Positions 49,744 to 61,472 of a stretch of DNA of 64,000 nt are shown piece after piece. The position numbers were made by a program, and so were the translations under genes. The first letter of the stretch is position 1; every line of letters begins with the position of its first letter. Source of the stretch: Candidatus Enterousia sp. (GTDB taxonomy: Bacteria; Pseudomonadota; Alphaproteobacteria; Rs-D84). The stretch is from positions 5,919 through 69,918 of the forward strand of contig JAZTWA010000011.1 in NCBI GenBank assembly GCA_045635585.1. Reading direction: 5' to 3'. Under the pieces are notes generated by a model. The model was not told the DNA's origin and did no database searches. It worked only from the letters and a program-made list of their open reading frames with translations.

Positions 49744-50144
49744 CATACCTGTATACCATCCCCCCCCTATGGGTAAGGGGATAGGTGTGTGGGCACATAT
49801 AGAAAGAATGCTTTTTTTTACAAGGCGGGTCGGGAAATTTCTCGGCCTGTTTTGATGTGCCAATTCTTACCGTATTCGTTTTCTATGTTTTCAATGATGA
49901 TATTTAATGCCGGACGCAGATTTAGAATGTCGTTGTAATAAATAGTTCGAAATTCGTCCGATATCCCCGACCATAAAAATTCAAACCGTCCAAAATGGGC
50001 GGTTTTAATTTTTATCAGTGGGTATTTCAGTTCGATACATTATACACATTTGTGTGTATCAAGTTCGACAATGAGTAAATGAGCCAAATGAAATGCCGGC
50101 GAATTGTTACGAATGCCCCGCGGTCCGTTAATTGACGGACAAGG

Positions 50145-50164
50145 GAATCTTGTCACCCCGACCA
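50145..50164 (+). repeat. 20-bp duplicate of the tRNA-Pro 3' end (second att-like site)
   Basis: GAATCTTGTCACCCCGACCA, identical to 39911-39930. Confidence 0.9.
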
Positions 50165-50200
50165 TAAAATTCAAACCGCCTATTTTGGACGGTTTTTCTT

Positions 50201-50635
50201 TTATGGACATATTTGTGGGATTAGATCTGCAATTTGAATACTTTGTGCGTACGCACGTGCAGAAGGAACCGCGCATGGATCGCAATCACGACGGCGTTCG
50301 CCAATTCGACATGCAAATGCGACATCTTGGCATATTCCATATGTGTGTGCAGTAATTTTTTCGTTCATGTAATCGTTTGCAATTTGCCAATATCGGGTGG
50401 GAACTGATTTTGGGTCGTATGCCCACATTTTCATAACAATATTTGTGGCGCGCTTTGTGCATGAATCATGGCCACTGATGTGTGTGATTGTTGGTGTTAT
50501 GTTGTTTCGTGGATCTGAATTTGTGCGTTTGATTATTACCCATGCGATTATACATATACAAATTACGGTTACCAAAAATAACAGTATATAATGTGCGATT
50601 GTAAATGGGCTGGTGTTTGGGTTGGATCGTGCCAT
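50201..50635 (-). CDS. Membrane-anchored Cys-containing hypothetical protein
   Basis: N-terminal TM helix and CDPC motif. Confidence 0.65.
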   Translation of the reverse strand: MARSNPNTSPFTIAHYILLFLVTVICICIIAWVIIKRTNSDPRNNITPTITHISGHDSCTKRATNIVMKMWAYDPKSVPTRYWQIANDYMNEKITAHTYGICQDVAFACRIGERRRDCDPCAVPSARAYAQSIQIADLIPQICP

Positions 50636-50777
50636 TTTTATACCTTGGTTGTGTTGTGATACGTTTTTATCATAGCATATTATAGAATACAAAAATACGG
50701 ATTTATATTCCCAGAATTTATTGCAAATTTAAAAAAACTGATATATTATTGTGCTGACGTTTCAAAGGGGACATGTA

Positions 50778-51662
50778 ATGTTTGTAACAGAAAAATTAAA
50801 GACGTTCTCTTGGGTTAATGTGGGAAATCCAGATCATACCGATTTTGAAAAATTACAGACAGAATATAAAATTGATGAAGATACTATATCGGATATTTTA
50901 GATCCCGATGAACAGCCACGTGTCGAAGTTGAAGATGATTACAAGGTTGTAATCGTACGTTTTCCAATTATTAATCGTGAAACTGCCACGTTATGGCATA
51001 CAGAACCATTATCTATTATTTTTTCCGCAAATCGTGTAATTACAGTGTGTCGAAAACGTTGTGATTTGTTGGACAAGATTAAAAAGTCTGAAAAAACATC
51101 GCGTGAAGAATTTATTTTAAATATTATGTATTATATTGCGGAATCTTATTTGCGCATGTTAAAAGAATTGAATAAACGTGTTTTGGATTCTAAACGTGTT
51201 TTGCAAGAACAAATTCGTAAAAAGGAATTATTGGATTTGTTAGAGGTTGAAAATAGTTATACGCTTTATATGGCCGGCATCAAGGGCAATATGGCTGTTA
51301 TGGATAAATTGGAAAAAATGCGCGGCTTTGTCAAAAACGACGATGCCAAGGAATTGGCCGAAGATGCGCGTATCGAATTGGCCCAGGCAACCGAAGTGGT
51401 AATGTCTTATAGTAAAATGTTAAAATCAATTAAAGAAACCTTCGAAAGCATTATTAATATGGATTCAAATACGAATATTAATCGATTGACGATGTGGAAT
51501 ATTATTTTGGTTGTCCCAACGGTTATTGTTGGATATTTTGGTATGAATCTGGATTTGCCATTTGCTGAATACACTGAAACGGCAACGGCTGTATTTATAT
51601 TTATTATGGTTTTATTATTGGGGTTTGCGGCTTTTGGTTTATTAAAACGCAGAATTATATAA
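50778..51662 (+). CDS. corA: CorA-family magnesium transporter
   Basis: DPDEQPRVE, two C-terminal TMs with GMN. Confidence 0.92.
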   Translation: MFVTEKLKTFSWVNVGNPDHTDFEKLQTEYKIDEDTISDILDPDEQPRVEVEDDYKVVIVRFPIINRETATLWHTEPLSIIFSANRVITVCRKRCDLLDKIKKSEKTSREEFILNIMYYIAESYLRMLKELNKRVLDSKRVLQEQIRKKELLDLLEVENSYTLYMAGIKGNMAVMDKLEKMRGFVKNDDAKELAEDARIELAQATEVVMSYSKMLKSIKETFESIINMDSNTNINRLTMWNIILVVPTVIVGYFGMNLDLPFAEYTETATAVFIFIMVLLLGFAAFGLLKRRII

Positions 51663-51689
51663 AAAAAATGGGGCATGTTTTCCCCATTT

Positions 51690-54464
51690 TTATTTTCCCC
51701 ATGATTTATCAATTACGTATTCTGCAACCAATGGGACGGATAACTTTGTTATGTTTTCCATTGTGTGTTTTATTTTTTCGGCGAAATCAATCGCATCTGC
51801 TTCATTACATTCAAATACGATTTCGTCATGAACCTGTAAAATCATGCGAATTTTATCACGATTTGGTATGATAATATCATTATAGATAACAATCATTGCA
51901 CGACGCATTATGTCGGCTTCGAAGCCTTGGATTGGGGCATTGATTGCCGCGCGTGTTGCATATGTGCGCATGCGTGGATTTTTTATTTCTGGCAATTCAA
52001 TGCGACGGCCCCACGGTGTATAAACGCATGCATGTTCGTTGGCAAATTTTTTGGTGTTTTCGATATATGTTTGAATTTCAGGCAGGCCCGCCATATACGA
52101 ATTTATAATTTTTTGTGCGTCTGTACGTGATGTGCCCAATTGTCCCGCCAATCCAAATGATGATATGCCGTATATTATTGAAAAGTTTACGGTTTTTGCT
52201 GCACGACGTAATTCTTTTGGTACGGGTTTTGATTCTGGTATGTTGAAAACCTTGCGGGCGGTTTGACTATGAATATCTGTATTTGCATTAAATGTGTCTT
52301 TAAATGTTTTTATATTTGCAATATCTGCCAGTAGTCTTAATTGAATTTGAGAATAGTCAACAGATATTAATACATTGTTTGGACGTGCAATAAAACATTT
52401 TCTGATTTCTTCGCCCAGTTGTGTTTTTATTGGAATGTTTTGTAGGTTGGGATCGCGACTGGATAGACGGCCGGTATTTGTACTGGTTTGAAGATATGTG
52501 GTATGAATTCGATTGTCAGATGCAATTTGGTGTGGCAATGCGTCCGCGTATGTTCCAGCCAGTTTTGCGATTGAGCGCCATGATAGTATTTTTTCAATAA
52601 TAGGGTGCGCATCGATTAAATCGTTCAGTGCGTTTGCATCTGTGGAACGACGTTTATTTGCAGGCAAGGATAATTCGTCGAATAATATTGTGGCCAATTG
52701 TTTTGGACTGGCAATATTAAATTCATGACCCGCCAATTCATGTATTTCTTGGCCAAGAATTTGTAATTGTTTATGGAATACGATGGAAAGTTCTTTTAAT
52801 TTTGTGCGGTCAATTAATACCCCAATGCGTTCCATTTCCATTAGTATGGGCATTAATGGTAAATCACATGTTTCATAAAGATGGCGCAACTTTGTATCAG
52901 AATTTAATTCGGGACGCATCAAATTGTATAACGCCAGACATATACAGGCATCTTCGGCGGCGTATGGTGTGGCGATTTCGATTGGTAGTGTATCAAATCG
53001 CATATCTTCGTTACGTGTTTTCGCCGGAAATAGTGATGTAAATTTTATAGTATCGTGTTCCAAGTATTTTAAAGATAATTCATCTAAGCCATGTCCATGT
53101 AATGTGCCATGCAATATGTATGATAATAACATGGTGTCGTCGAAGGGGGCAATTTTTGATGTGTCCCATCCAATATTGGACAGTATGTGTAAGTCGTATT
53201 TCAGGTTGTGGCCGACCTTGGTAATAGATGGGTTGGTTAATATTGGCCATAATTTGTTATATACGGTTTCAATTGGCAATTGATTTGGTGCCAATGTTTC
53301 ACCAGAAAATAAATCTGATGAGTGTGTATGATGACCAATGGGAATATATACACCATGGTTTTCGTCGGTTGCCAATGATATCCCCACAATTTTTGCCGTG
53401 ATTTGATTCAAACCGGTGGTTTCTGTGTCGATTGCAATAATACTTTTGACGGTTGTTAAAAATTTATCCAGTTCTGGTACGGTTGTAATTGTTTCGTATG
53501 ATAATATTTTGTTTTTTTGTATTTGTTTAGATTGTGTGTCCAATGTTGGTGTTGGAATATCGCATGCATTACCAGAAAAACTGAAAGCAGGTTGGGCGGG
53601 GACGTCCGATACTGGGAACATTTTTTCAATTTTAGTTGCCAATGAATTGCTTTCCAGTTCTTGTCTTACAAAATCCAGCGCACCACGAGTATTAAATACA
53701 AATGGATGAATAATCAGGTCAGATAAATCAACGTCTGTTTTCAATGTAACCAAACGTTTTGATATGTATGCCATTTCACGATTGTCGCGCAGTAATCCGC
53801 GAATGCGTTCGTTTTTTACATTGTCAAGGTTGGCGTAAAGATTATCCAAATTACCGAATTCATTAATTAATTCGGCGGCTTTTTTGGGACCAATCCCAGG
53901 GACACCAGGTACGTTGTCAGACGAATCGCCCATTAATGATTGAACGTCAATTACACGTGATGGCGATACACCAAATTTTTCAAAAACAGCGGGTTCATGA
54001 ATTTCGCGTTGTTTCATGCCGTCATATAAAAATACGCAATCTGATACTAATTGCATTAAATCTTTATCGCTGGTTATGATACGGGTGGCATCAATAGATT
54101 TACAATTTTGTGTTGCCAATGTTGCGATTACATCATCTGCTTCGACGTTTGGAACACATAATACTGGCATGCCAAGTGCATTTAATGCCTGACGTACCAA
54201 TAGACCTTGGGAAATTAGGTCGGTCGGTGTTTCCGAACGGTTCATTTTATATTGTGGATATATTTCTTGGCGAAATGTGATGCGTGATGCATCAAATACA
54301 CATACAAATGAATCGGTGGGTTTTGCCGCAGATAGTATCGGCAATATCATATTCAAGAAACCATATACCGCACCAGTTGGTGTGCCATCGGTGCGACTTA
54401 GTCGGCTGTGTGCACCATAATATGCACGAAATAGTAATGAATTGCCGTCGATTAATGTCAGCAT
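51690..54464 (-). CDS. polA: DNA polymerase I
   Basis: 5'-3' exonuclease (IDG, EADD), DTETTG, TGRLSS.DPNLQN, QVHDE. Confidence 0.97.
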   Translation of the reverse strand: MLTLIDGNSLLFRAYYGAHSRLSRTDGTPTGAVYGFLNMILPILSAAKPTDSFVCVFDASRITFRQEIYPQYKMNRSETPTDLISQGLLVRQALNALGMPVLCVPNVEADDVIATLATQNCKSIDATRIITSDKDLMQLVSDCVFLYDGMKQREIHEPAVFEKFGVSPSRVIDVQSLMGDSSDNVPGVPGIGPKKAAELINEFGNLDNLYANLDNVKNERIRGLLRDNREMAYISKRLVTLKTDVDLSDLIIHPFVFNTRGALDFVRQELESNSLATKIEKMFPVSDVPAQPAFSFSGNACDIPTPTLDTQSKQIQKNKILSYETITTVPELDKFLTTVKSIIAIDTETTGLNQITAKIVGISLATDENHGVYIPIGHHTHSSDLFSGETLAPNQLPIETVYNKLWPILTNPSITKVGHNLKYDLHILSNIGWDTSKIAPFDDTMLLSYILHGTLHGHGLDELSLKYLEHDTIKFTSLFPAKTRNEDMRFDTLPIEIATPYAAEDACICLALYNLMRPELNSDTKLRHLYETCDLPLMPILMEMERIGVLIDRTKLKELSIVFHKQLQILGQEIHELAGHEFNIASPKQLATILFDELSLPANKRRSTDANALNDLIDAHPIIEKILSWRSIAKLAGTYADALPHQIASDNRIHTTYLQTSTNTGRLSSRDPNLQNIPIKTQLGEEIRKCFIARPNNVLISVDYSQIQLRLLADIANIKTFKDTFNANTDIHSQTARKVFNIPESKPVPKELRRAAKTVNFSIIYGISSFGLAGQLGTSRTDAQKIINSYMAGLPEIQTYIENTKKFANEHACVYTPWGRRIELPEIKNPRMRTYATRAAINAPIQGFEADIMRRAMIVIYNDIIIPNRDKIRMILQVHDEIVFECNEADAIDFAEKIKHTMENITKLSVPLVAEYVIDKSWGK

Positions 54465-54544
54465 TTTATTGCACCTTTGGGTTTGGTTATGGTTAATTTT
54501 GGGGGCTTGTCGCCCCCAAAAATTGTTTATGTTGTTTATGTATT

Positions 54545-55087
54545 TTAGAATACATAACGTAATTTTACACGACCTTCGTACTGTAACAAATCTGGATCGA
54601 TGCCGTTTGCCATTTCAAACATATTTGGTGCATATAATACGCGACCTTCGATGTCCAAATTTACCGGCAATACAGGCAGGTCCAGTGTTAGACCCAGCAT
54701 GCCTTGGTATGCCATTGTGTCATCTATTTTGATGGTGTGGGCATACTTGCTATCAAATGTCATACCAATACCTGCACCAATGTATGGTTTAATAACAGGT
54801 GTTGGTAATTTAAAGTATGCGTTAACCAATCCCAAATTCATATAGGCATCTTTGGCATCAATATAGTTATATTCCAGTTCAATGCGGAACATTGGAATGT
54901 CCATACCCAAAATTGCGCCGTATGATTGTGATGATTTTGATATATGGTTGTCGTCAATAAATGCGGTATAGCCACCAAATCCATATGTGCCACCTGCGTA
55001 AACATCAAACAAAAGATTTGCGTTTGCGGCACCTGATATTAACATTAATGATGTCGCAGTTAAAATACCGAATGATTTTACTTTCAT
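54545..55087 (-). CDS. Outer-membrane beta-barrel protein
   Basis: Signal peptide, R.ELEY, PYIGAGIG, terminal YVF. Confidence 0.8.
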   Translation of the reverse strand: MKVKSFGILTATSLMLISGAANANLLFDVYAGGTYGFGGYTAFIDDNHISKSSQSYGAILGMDIPMFRIELEYNYIDAKDAYMNLGLVNAYFKLPTPVIKPYIGAGIGMTFDSKYAHTIKIDDTMAYQGMLGLTLDLPVLPVNLDIEGRVLYAPNMFEMANGIDPDLLQYEGRVKLRYVF

Positions 55088-55133
55088 ATTTTTCTCCTTT
55101 GTATGATAATATGATAGAAAAAGGGTGCTGGAT

Positions 55134-55655
55134 ATGCAAGAAAATAAACAGTTTTTAGTTGTTGGGTTGGGTAACCCAGGAACAGAATATTCTAATACGC
55201 GTCATAATGTTGGTTTTATGGCGGTGGATAAATTGGCGGATGGGGCAGATGGTTGGAAAAATGAAAAAAATGCACTGGTCAAGAAAGTAGATGTTGATGG
55301 AAAACGGGTGATTTTTGTAAAACCCCAGACGTTTATGAATAATAGTGGTGTGGCAGTTCAAGCACTAATGACTTTTTATCGGGTGCCATTGGAAAATATT
55401 ATTGTTATTCATGATGATATGGATATTTCAATCGGGCAAGTGCGTGAAAAAATTGGTGGTGGCAGTGCGGGACACAATGGTATTCGATCAATTGATGCAC
55501 ATGTTGGACGTGAATATAAACGCATAAGAATTGGGGTCGGACATCCACGCGATTTTGATTTGCCAATGAATCCTGCGGATTGGGTTTTGGGAAAGTTTGG
55601 ACCACAACAATTACAGGTAATCACAGAAACAATTAATCAAATTTCTTTATTTTGA
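55134..55655 (+). CDS. pth: Peptidyl-tRNA hydrolase
   Basis: VGLGNPG..Y..TRHNVG, KPQTFMN, HDDMD, GHNG. Confidence 0.96.
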   Translation: MQENKQFLVVGLGNPGTEYSNTRHNVGFMAVDKLADGADGWKNEKNALVKKVDVDGKRVIFVKPQTFMNNSGVAVQALMTFYRVPLENIIVIHDDMDISIGQVREKIGGGSAGHNGIRSIDAHVGREYKRIRIGVGHPRDFDLPMNPADWVLGKFGPQQLQVITETINQISLF

Positions 55656-57425
55656 TGTGCCGGTTACTATTTTCTTGAATATTTCTGCAGGGACTGTTCC
55701 ACCGGTTATTTTTGAATCCATTGGTGTGAAATCGTCATTGCCCATCCATATGCCAATTATAATGTTCGGTATCGCACCAATAAACCATGCATCGCGATTG
55801 TCGTTGCTGGTGCCGGTTTTACCACCCAATACGTTTGAAGTGCGCGCACGACCGCCAGTTCCACCAACGGCAATTACATCGGATAGTAATTTTTGCATGT
55901 GTTCAACCGTTTGTGGTTGCAATACTTGAATTGGTTCAGATGGATTGCGCAGGTATATTATATTGCCCGACATATCTGTAATTTTTTCAATGGAATATGG
56001 TCGGACAGAATATCCATTATTCCAAATAACTGCGTATATGTTTGTTAAATCCAATAGCGTCATTTCAGATGCGCCTAAAACAGTGGAATATTCGCGACGA
56101 AGTTTTGTGCCAACGCCCATACGGCCCGCCATGTCTAAGATCGAATCGATTCCGTATTCCTGGGTTAATTTTAATGGTACAGAATTTACACTTTTGGCAA
56201 AAGCAGTTGCCAGTGTAATGTCGCCATAATATTTTTCATTATAATTTTTGGGGTTATAATCGCCAATGGCAAAACGAGAGTCGTTTACAAAGGTGTCTGG
56301 GGCCATTCCGTTTTCCAATGCAACTAGATATACAATGGGTTTAAATGCACTGCCGGGTTGACGTGGGGCGGTTGTACGGTTAAATTGACTGGTTTGATAA
56401 TCGGTGCCACCAGACATGGAACGCAGTGCGCCCGATGGTTCAATTGCGATAATGGCACCTTGGGTATCGGTTAAGTTATTTGATAATGTTGTGGCAATTT
56501 GTTCTTGTAAGTTTGTGTCCAGTGTTGTGTGTACATACATGTCGGATTCAAATTCGCCAATGGTTGATTGCAATTCGTCCATTACAAAGTCTGTCCAATA
56601 TCTATATTTGTTTGTGTTGGGGGTGGGAATTGCGCCTGTTAAATTTTGCGCCGCATAACGTGCCTGATTTAATGTGATATATCCTTGGCGTACCATTTCT
56701 TGTAATACCAGACGGGCACGCGCAATATTTTTTTCAGGGTTACGCAGGGGACTGTACGTTGTGGGGGCTTTTAACATGGCAGCAATTTGTGCTGCCTGAC
56801 CAATTGATAGTTGGTGGGCGGGAATTTGAAACATGGCGCGTGCAGTAGCATCAATGCCACGCATGCCACCGACCAATGATACGCGGTTCATATATAAATC
56901 CAAAATTTGGTTTTTAGTAAAACGATTTTCAAGCCAGTATGATAAGATTAGTTCTTGAACTTTGCGGGAAATCTTTTTTTTGCGTGATAAAAAGATGTTT
57001 TTTGCGGTCTGTTGGGTTATTGTAGATCCACCCGATGATATACGGCCCAAAGCCAAATTAGATATCATGGCACGTGATATGCCACGTATGTCGATTGGAC
57101 CATGTGTGAAAAAACGTTTGTCTTCAATTGCGATTATTGCCTGCCATACATGGGGGGGCAGGGTGTCAACCGATACAGGTGTTCCCATAATACGATTGGC
57201 ACTGCGTATTTCGTTACCGTCTTTGTCCAAAAATATAATTGCGGCATCGCGTGTTTCGTGCAGAATGTGGTCCAGTGATGGCATGCGCATGTAAATATAT
57301 GAAATATAACCTAGTACCAGTATGATACAGATTAGGCATATGTTTAATAAATACACCAATATGCGACGTTTAAGAGATATTGTCGGCTTTGTTATTTTTG
57401 GTTCTGATATATTGTGTTTTACCAA
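55647..57425 (-). CDS. Class A penicillin-binding protein (start uncertain)
   Basis: EDKRF, GGSTITQQ, RK..E, SAFK, SVN, KTG. Confidence 0.92.
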   Translation of the reverse strand: MVKHNISEPKITKPTISLKRRILVYLLNICLICIILVLGYISYIYMRMPSLDHILHETRDAAIIFLDKDGNEIRSANRIMGTPVSVDTLPPHVWQAIIAIEDKRFFTHGPIDIRGISRAMISNLALGRISSGGSTITQQTAKNIFLSRKKKISRKVQELILSYWLENRFTKNQILDLYMNRVSLVGGMRGIDATARAMFQIPAHQLSIGQAAQIAAMLKAPTTYSPLRNPEKNIARARLVLQEMVRQGYITLNQARYAAQNLTGAIPTPNTNKYRYWTDFVMDELQSTIGEFESDMYVHTTLDTNLQEQIATTLSNNLTDTQGAIIAIEPSGALRSMSGGTDYQTSQFNRTTAPRQPGSAFKPIVYLVALENGMAPDTFVNDSRFAIGDYNPKNYNEKYYGDITLATAFAKSVNSVPLKLTQEYGIDSILDMAGRMGVGTKLRREYSTVLGASEMTLLDLTNIYAVIWNNGYSVRPYSIEKITDMSGNIIYLRNPSEPIQVLQPQTVEHMQKLLSDVIAVGGTGGRARTSNVLGGKTGTSNDNRDAWFIGAIPNIIIGIWMGNDDFTPMDSKITGGTVPAEIFKKIVTGTSK

Positions 57426-57522
57426 TGTGTTATTCCTTTTGATATGTATTTTATCATAAAAATCTTGCCATGGACCAGTGTTTATAATTATAATCCTAGC
57501 ATACAAATAAAGGAAAGGATAT

Positions 57523-58191
57523 ATGAAAAAAATTGCATTGTTATTGATGATGGGATTGGTTGTGTTGCCTGTTTGTGCCGAAGAATATTTAGATGATTAT
57601 ACGGAATATGCTGAATATGATGTAATTGAAACATCTACAAATAACAAAAGATATGAAACTTATTTGGGATTGCGTGTTCATAAAAATGAAAGTCTGGCAT
57701 TGAAATATGATATACACAGTGGCAGAAATTCAACAATCCGTGAAGATAATTTTGGAATAGGGGCCGTTATTGGAAATAGATTAAGTAATCATGTGATGGT
57801 TGAATTTGAAACAGCGTATACAGGAATTGAAAAAAATAAACGCGGTCGTGGATTTGATTTTGATATTTGGGCAAATATGTTTAATGTGTATTTCTTTCAA
57901 GAATATGCTGATGCAATTGCCCCGTATGCGGGTGTGGGAATTGGATTTGCCAGTATTTGGGGTGATGTTGATACTGTGATCGGAAATATGTCTGATAGTG
58001 TTTTTGATTTGTCGTATCAGGCAATGATAGGTGTTAATTTTGCGCTGAATAATCGTGTGGATTTGAATTTGGGTATCAAATATCAATACTATGGCGAAGT
58101 TGAACATAATTTAAATGGATCTGAATTTGCGGTAACTGATGTTGATGCAACTGAATTTTACTTTGGTGCGGCTTATAAATTTGGTCTGTGA
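57523..58191 (+). CDS. Outer-membrane beta-barrel protein (opacity/porin-like)
   Basis: Signal peptide, PYAGVGIG, terminal YKF. Confidence 0.8.
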   Translation: MKKIALLLMMGLVVLPVCAEEYLDDYTEYAEYDVIETSTNNKRYETYLGLRVHKNESLALKYDIHSGRNSTIREDNFGIGAVIGNRLSNHVMVEFETAYTGIEKNKRGRGFDFDIWANMFNVYFFQEYADAIAPYAGVGIGFASIWGDVDTVIGNMSDSVFDLSYQAMIGVNFALNNRVDLNLGIKYQYYGEVEHNLNGSEFAVTDVDATEFYFGAAYKFGL

Positions 58192-58200
58192 ATATTATAA

Positions 58201-60264
<2,064 letters not shown>

Positions 60265-60322
60265 AAAAAGCGCCCGAATGTGTATTGGGCGCGGACATGA
60301 AACTTTGTTCGGTTGTTTTTTT

Positions 60323-60538
60323 TTAGCGTTCGTTACGATTTACCGGACGGTCGATTAACATCCAGATTAACCATATTAATGCTGCTATACCGATAATCGC
60401 ATAGACGATATTGCTGGCCAATGTTGCAGGGCCAAACAAAAAAGCAACCAAGTCAAAACCAAAGATTCCAACCAAACCCCAGTTCAGGGCGCCGATGAAT
60501 GTCAATGGTATAAGAACATAGTTTGTAAGTCCTCTCAT
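60323..60538 (-). CDS. DUF378 small membrane protein
   Basis: IGALNWGLVGIFGFDLVA motif. Confidence 0.85.
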   Translation of the reverse strand: MRGLTNYVLIPLTFIGALNWGLVGIFGFDLVAFLFGPATLASNIVYAIIGIAALIWLIWMLIDRPVNRNER

Positions 60539-60743
60539 CTGTTTTTTCTCCTTTTCAAGGTTCTTTGTACTTGTCTTGTAAAAGACAATGTTATTATAAA
60601 CGTTTTGTTTTTGACTTGCAATCGTAATACTTGATTTGGGAAAAGGTTCCTGAATCCGGATAATATGCTTTGTACCAGTACACGTTGCCGAATTATTTGT
60701 TGTGTTGAATATGTTTGGTCTTGTATGTATAATGGAATACGAA

Positions 60744-61403
60744 ATGAAGTTAGAATCCAAAGGAATCTTGATAGGTTTAAAACCATTAAATGAACGTGAC
60801 GTGGTTGCGACAATCTTTTCATATGAACATGGTTTGGTGCGTGGGCTTATGCGTGGTGCGCAAATTGCAAAAAAAAACAGACCCTTGGTCGGGCAAACTG
60901 GCGATATGATATGGAATGCGCGTTTGGATTCACAATTGGGTGTTTTTCATTGGGATGCAGAAAAAAATATGGTTGCAAATTTGATGCAAAATCCAAAGTT
61001 GTTGGCCTATATGAATTCTGCAATGGCGATAATATCAGATTTATTGCCAGAACGCGAAGATTATAAAGAATTGTATGATGATACGATTAATTTGCTGAAT
61101 AATTTGGCATTTGATGGCGGTGATGCATATTTGAAATGGGAAATTTCCTTGTTGCGCCAGTTGGGGTATGCGTTGGATTTGTCGTCTTGTTCGGGATGTG
61201 GTTCGATTGATGATTTAAAATATTTATCACCACGTACAGGGCGGGCGGTATGTATGAATTGCGCCACACCGTATATTAATAAATTGTATAAGTTACCTTT
61301 AAACTTGGATATCACATTACGTTTTTTGGAAAATGTATGTATGCAACAGGGGATTAGGGTACCCTTGATGCGTGAAATGTTGAAAAAACAGTTTGATACT
61401 TGA
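60744..61403 (+). CDS. recO: DNA repair protein RecO
   Basis: WNARL..QLG, LGYALDLSSC..CG, SPRTGRAV. Confidence 0.9.
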   Translation: MKLESKGILIGLKPLNERDVVATIFSYEHGLVRGLMRGAQIAKKNRPLVGQTGDMIWNARLDSQLGVFHWDAEKNMVANLMQNPKLLAYMNSAMAIISDLLPEREDYKELYDDTINLLNNLAFDGGDAYLKWEISLLRQLGYALDLSSCSGCGSIDDLKYLSPRTGRAVCMNCATPYINKLYKLPLNLDITLRFLENVCMQQGIRVPLMREMLKKQFDT

Positions 61404-61472
61404 TTTATTTCTTGCGCTTTGCATAAAATTTGCTATTGTACGTGTGTTCAAACACATAAAGGAGAAAAAATC

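Larger units (their letters stand above)
39922..49973. mobile_element. ~10 kb tRNA-Pro-integrated element (serine recombinase, HigBA, Rep, type III R-M)
   Basis: Direct repeat CCCCGACCA at 39922-39930 and 49965-49973; recombinase abuts the tRNA; cargo typical of integrative mobile elements. Confidence 0.88.

Noticed and set aside
50145-50164. 20-bp repeat as the attR of the 10-kb element
   Set aside because: It is the longer match, but the inner 9-bp core restores an open integrase frame, shows the 5-bp attP/attB offset and is followed by the tRNA-type terminator. Not fully excluded.
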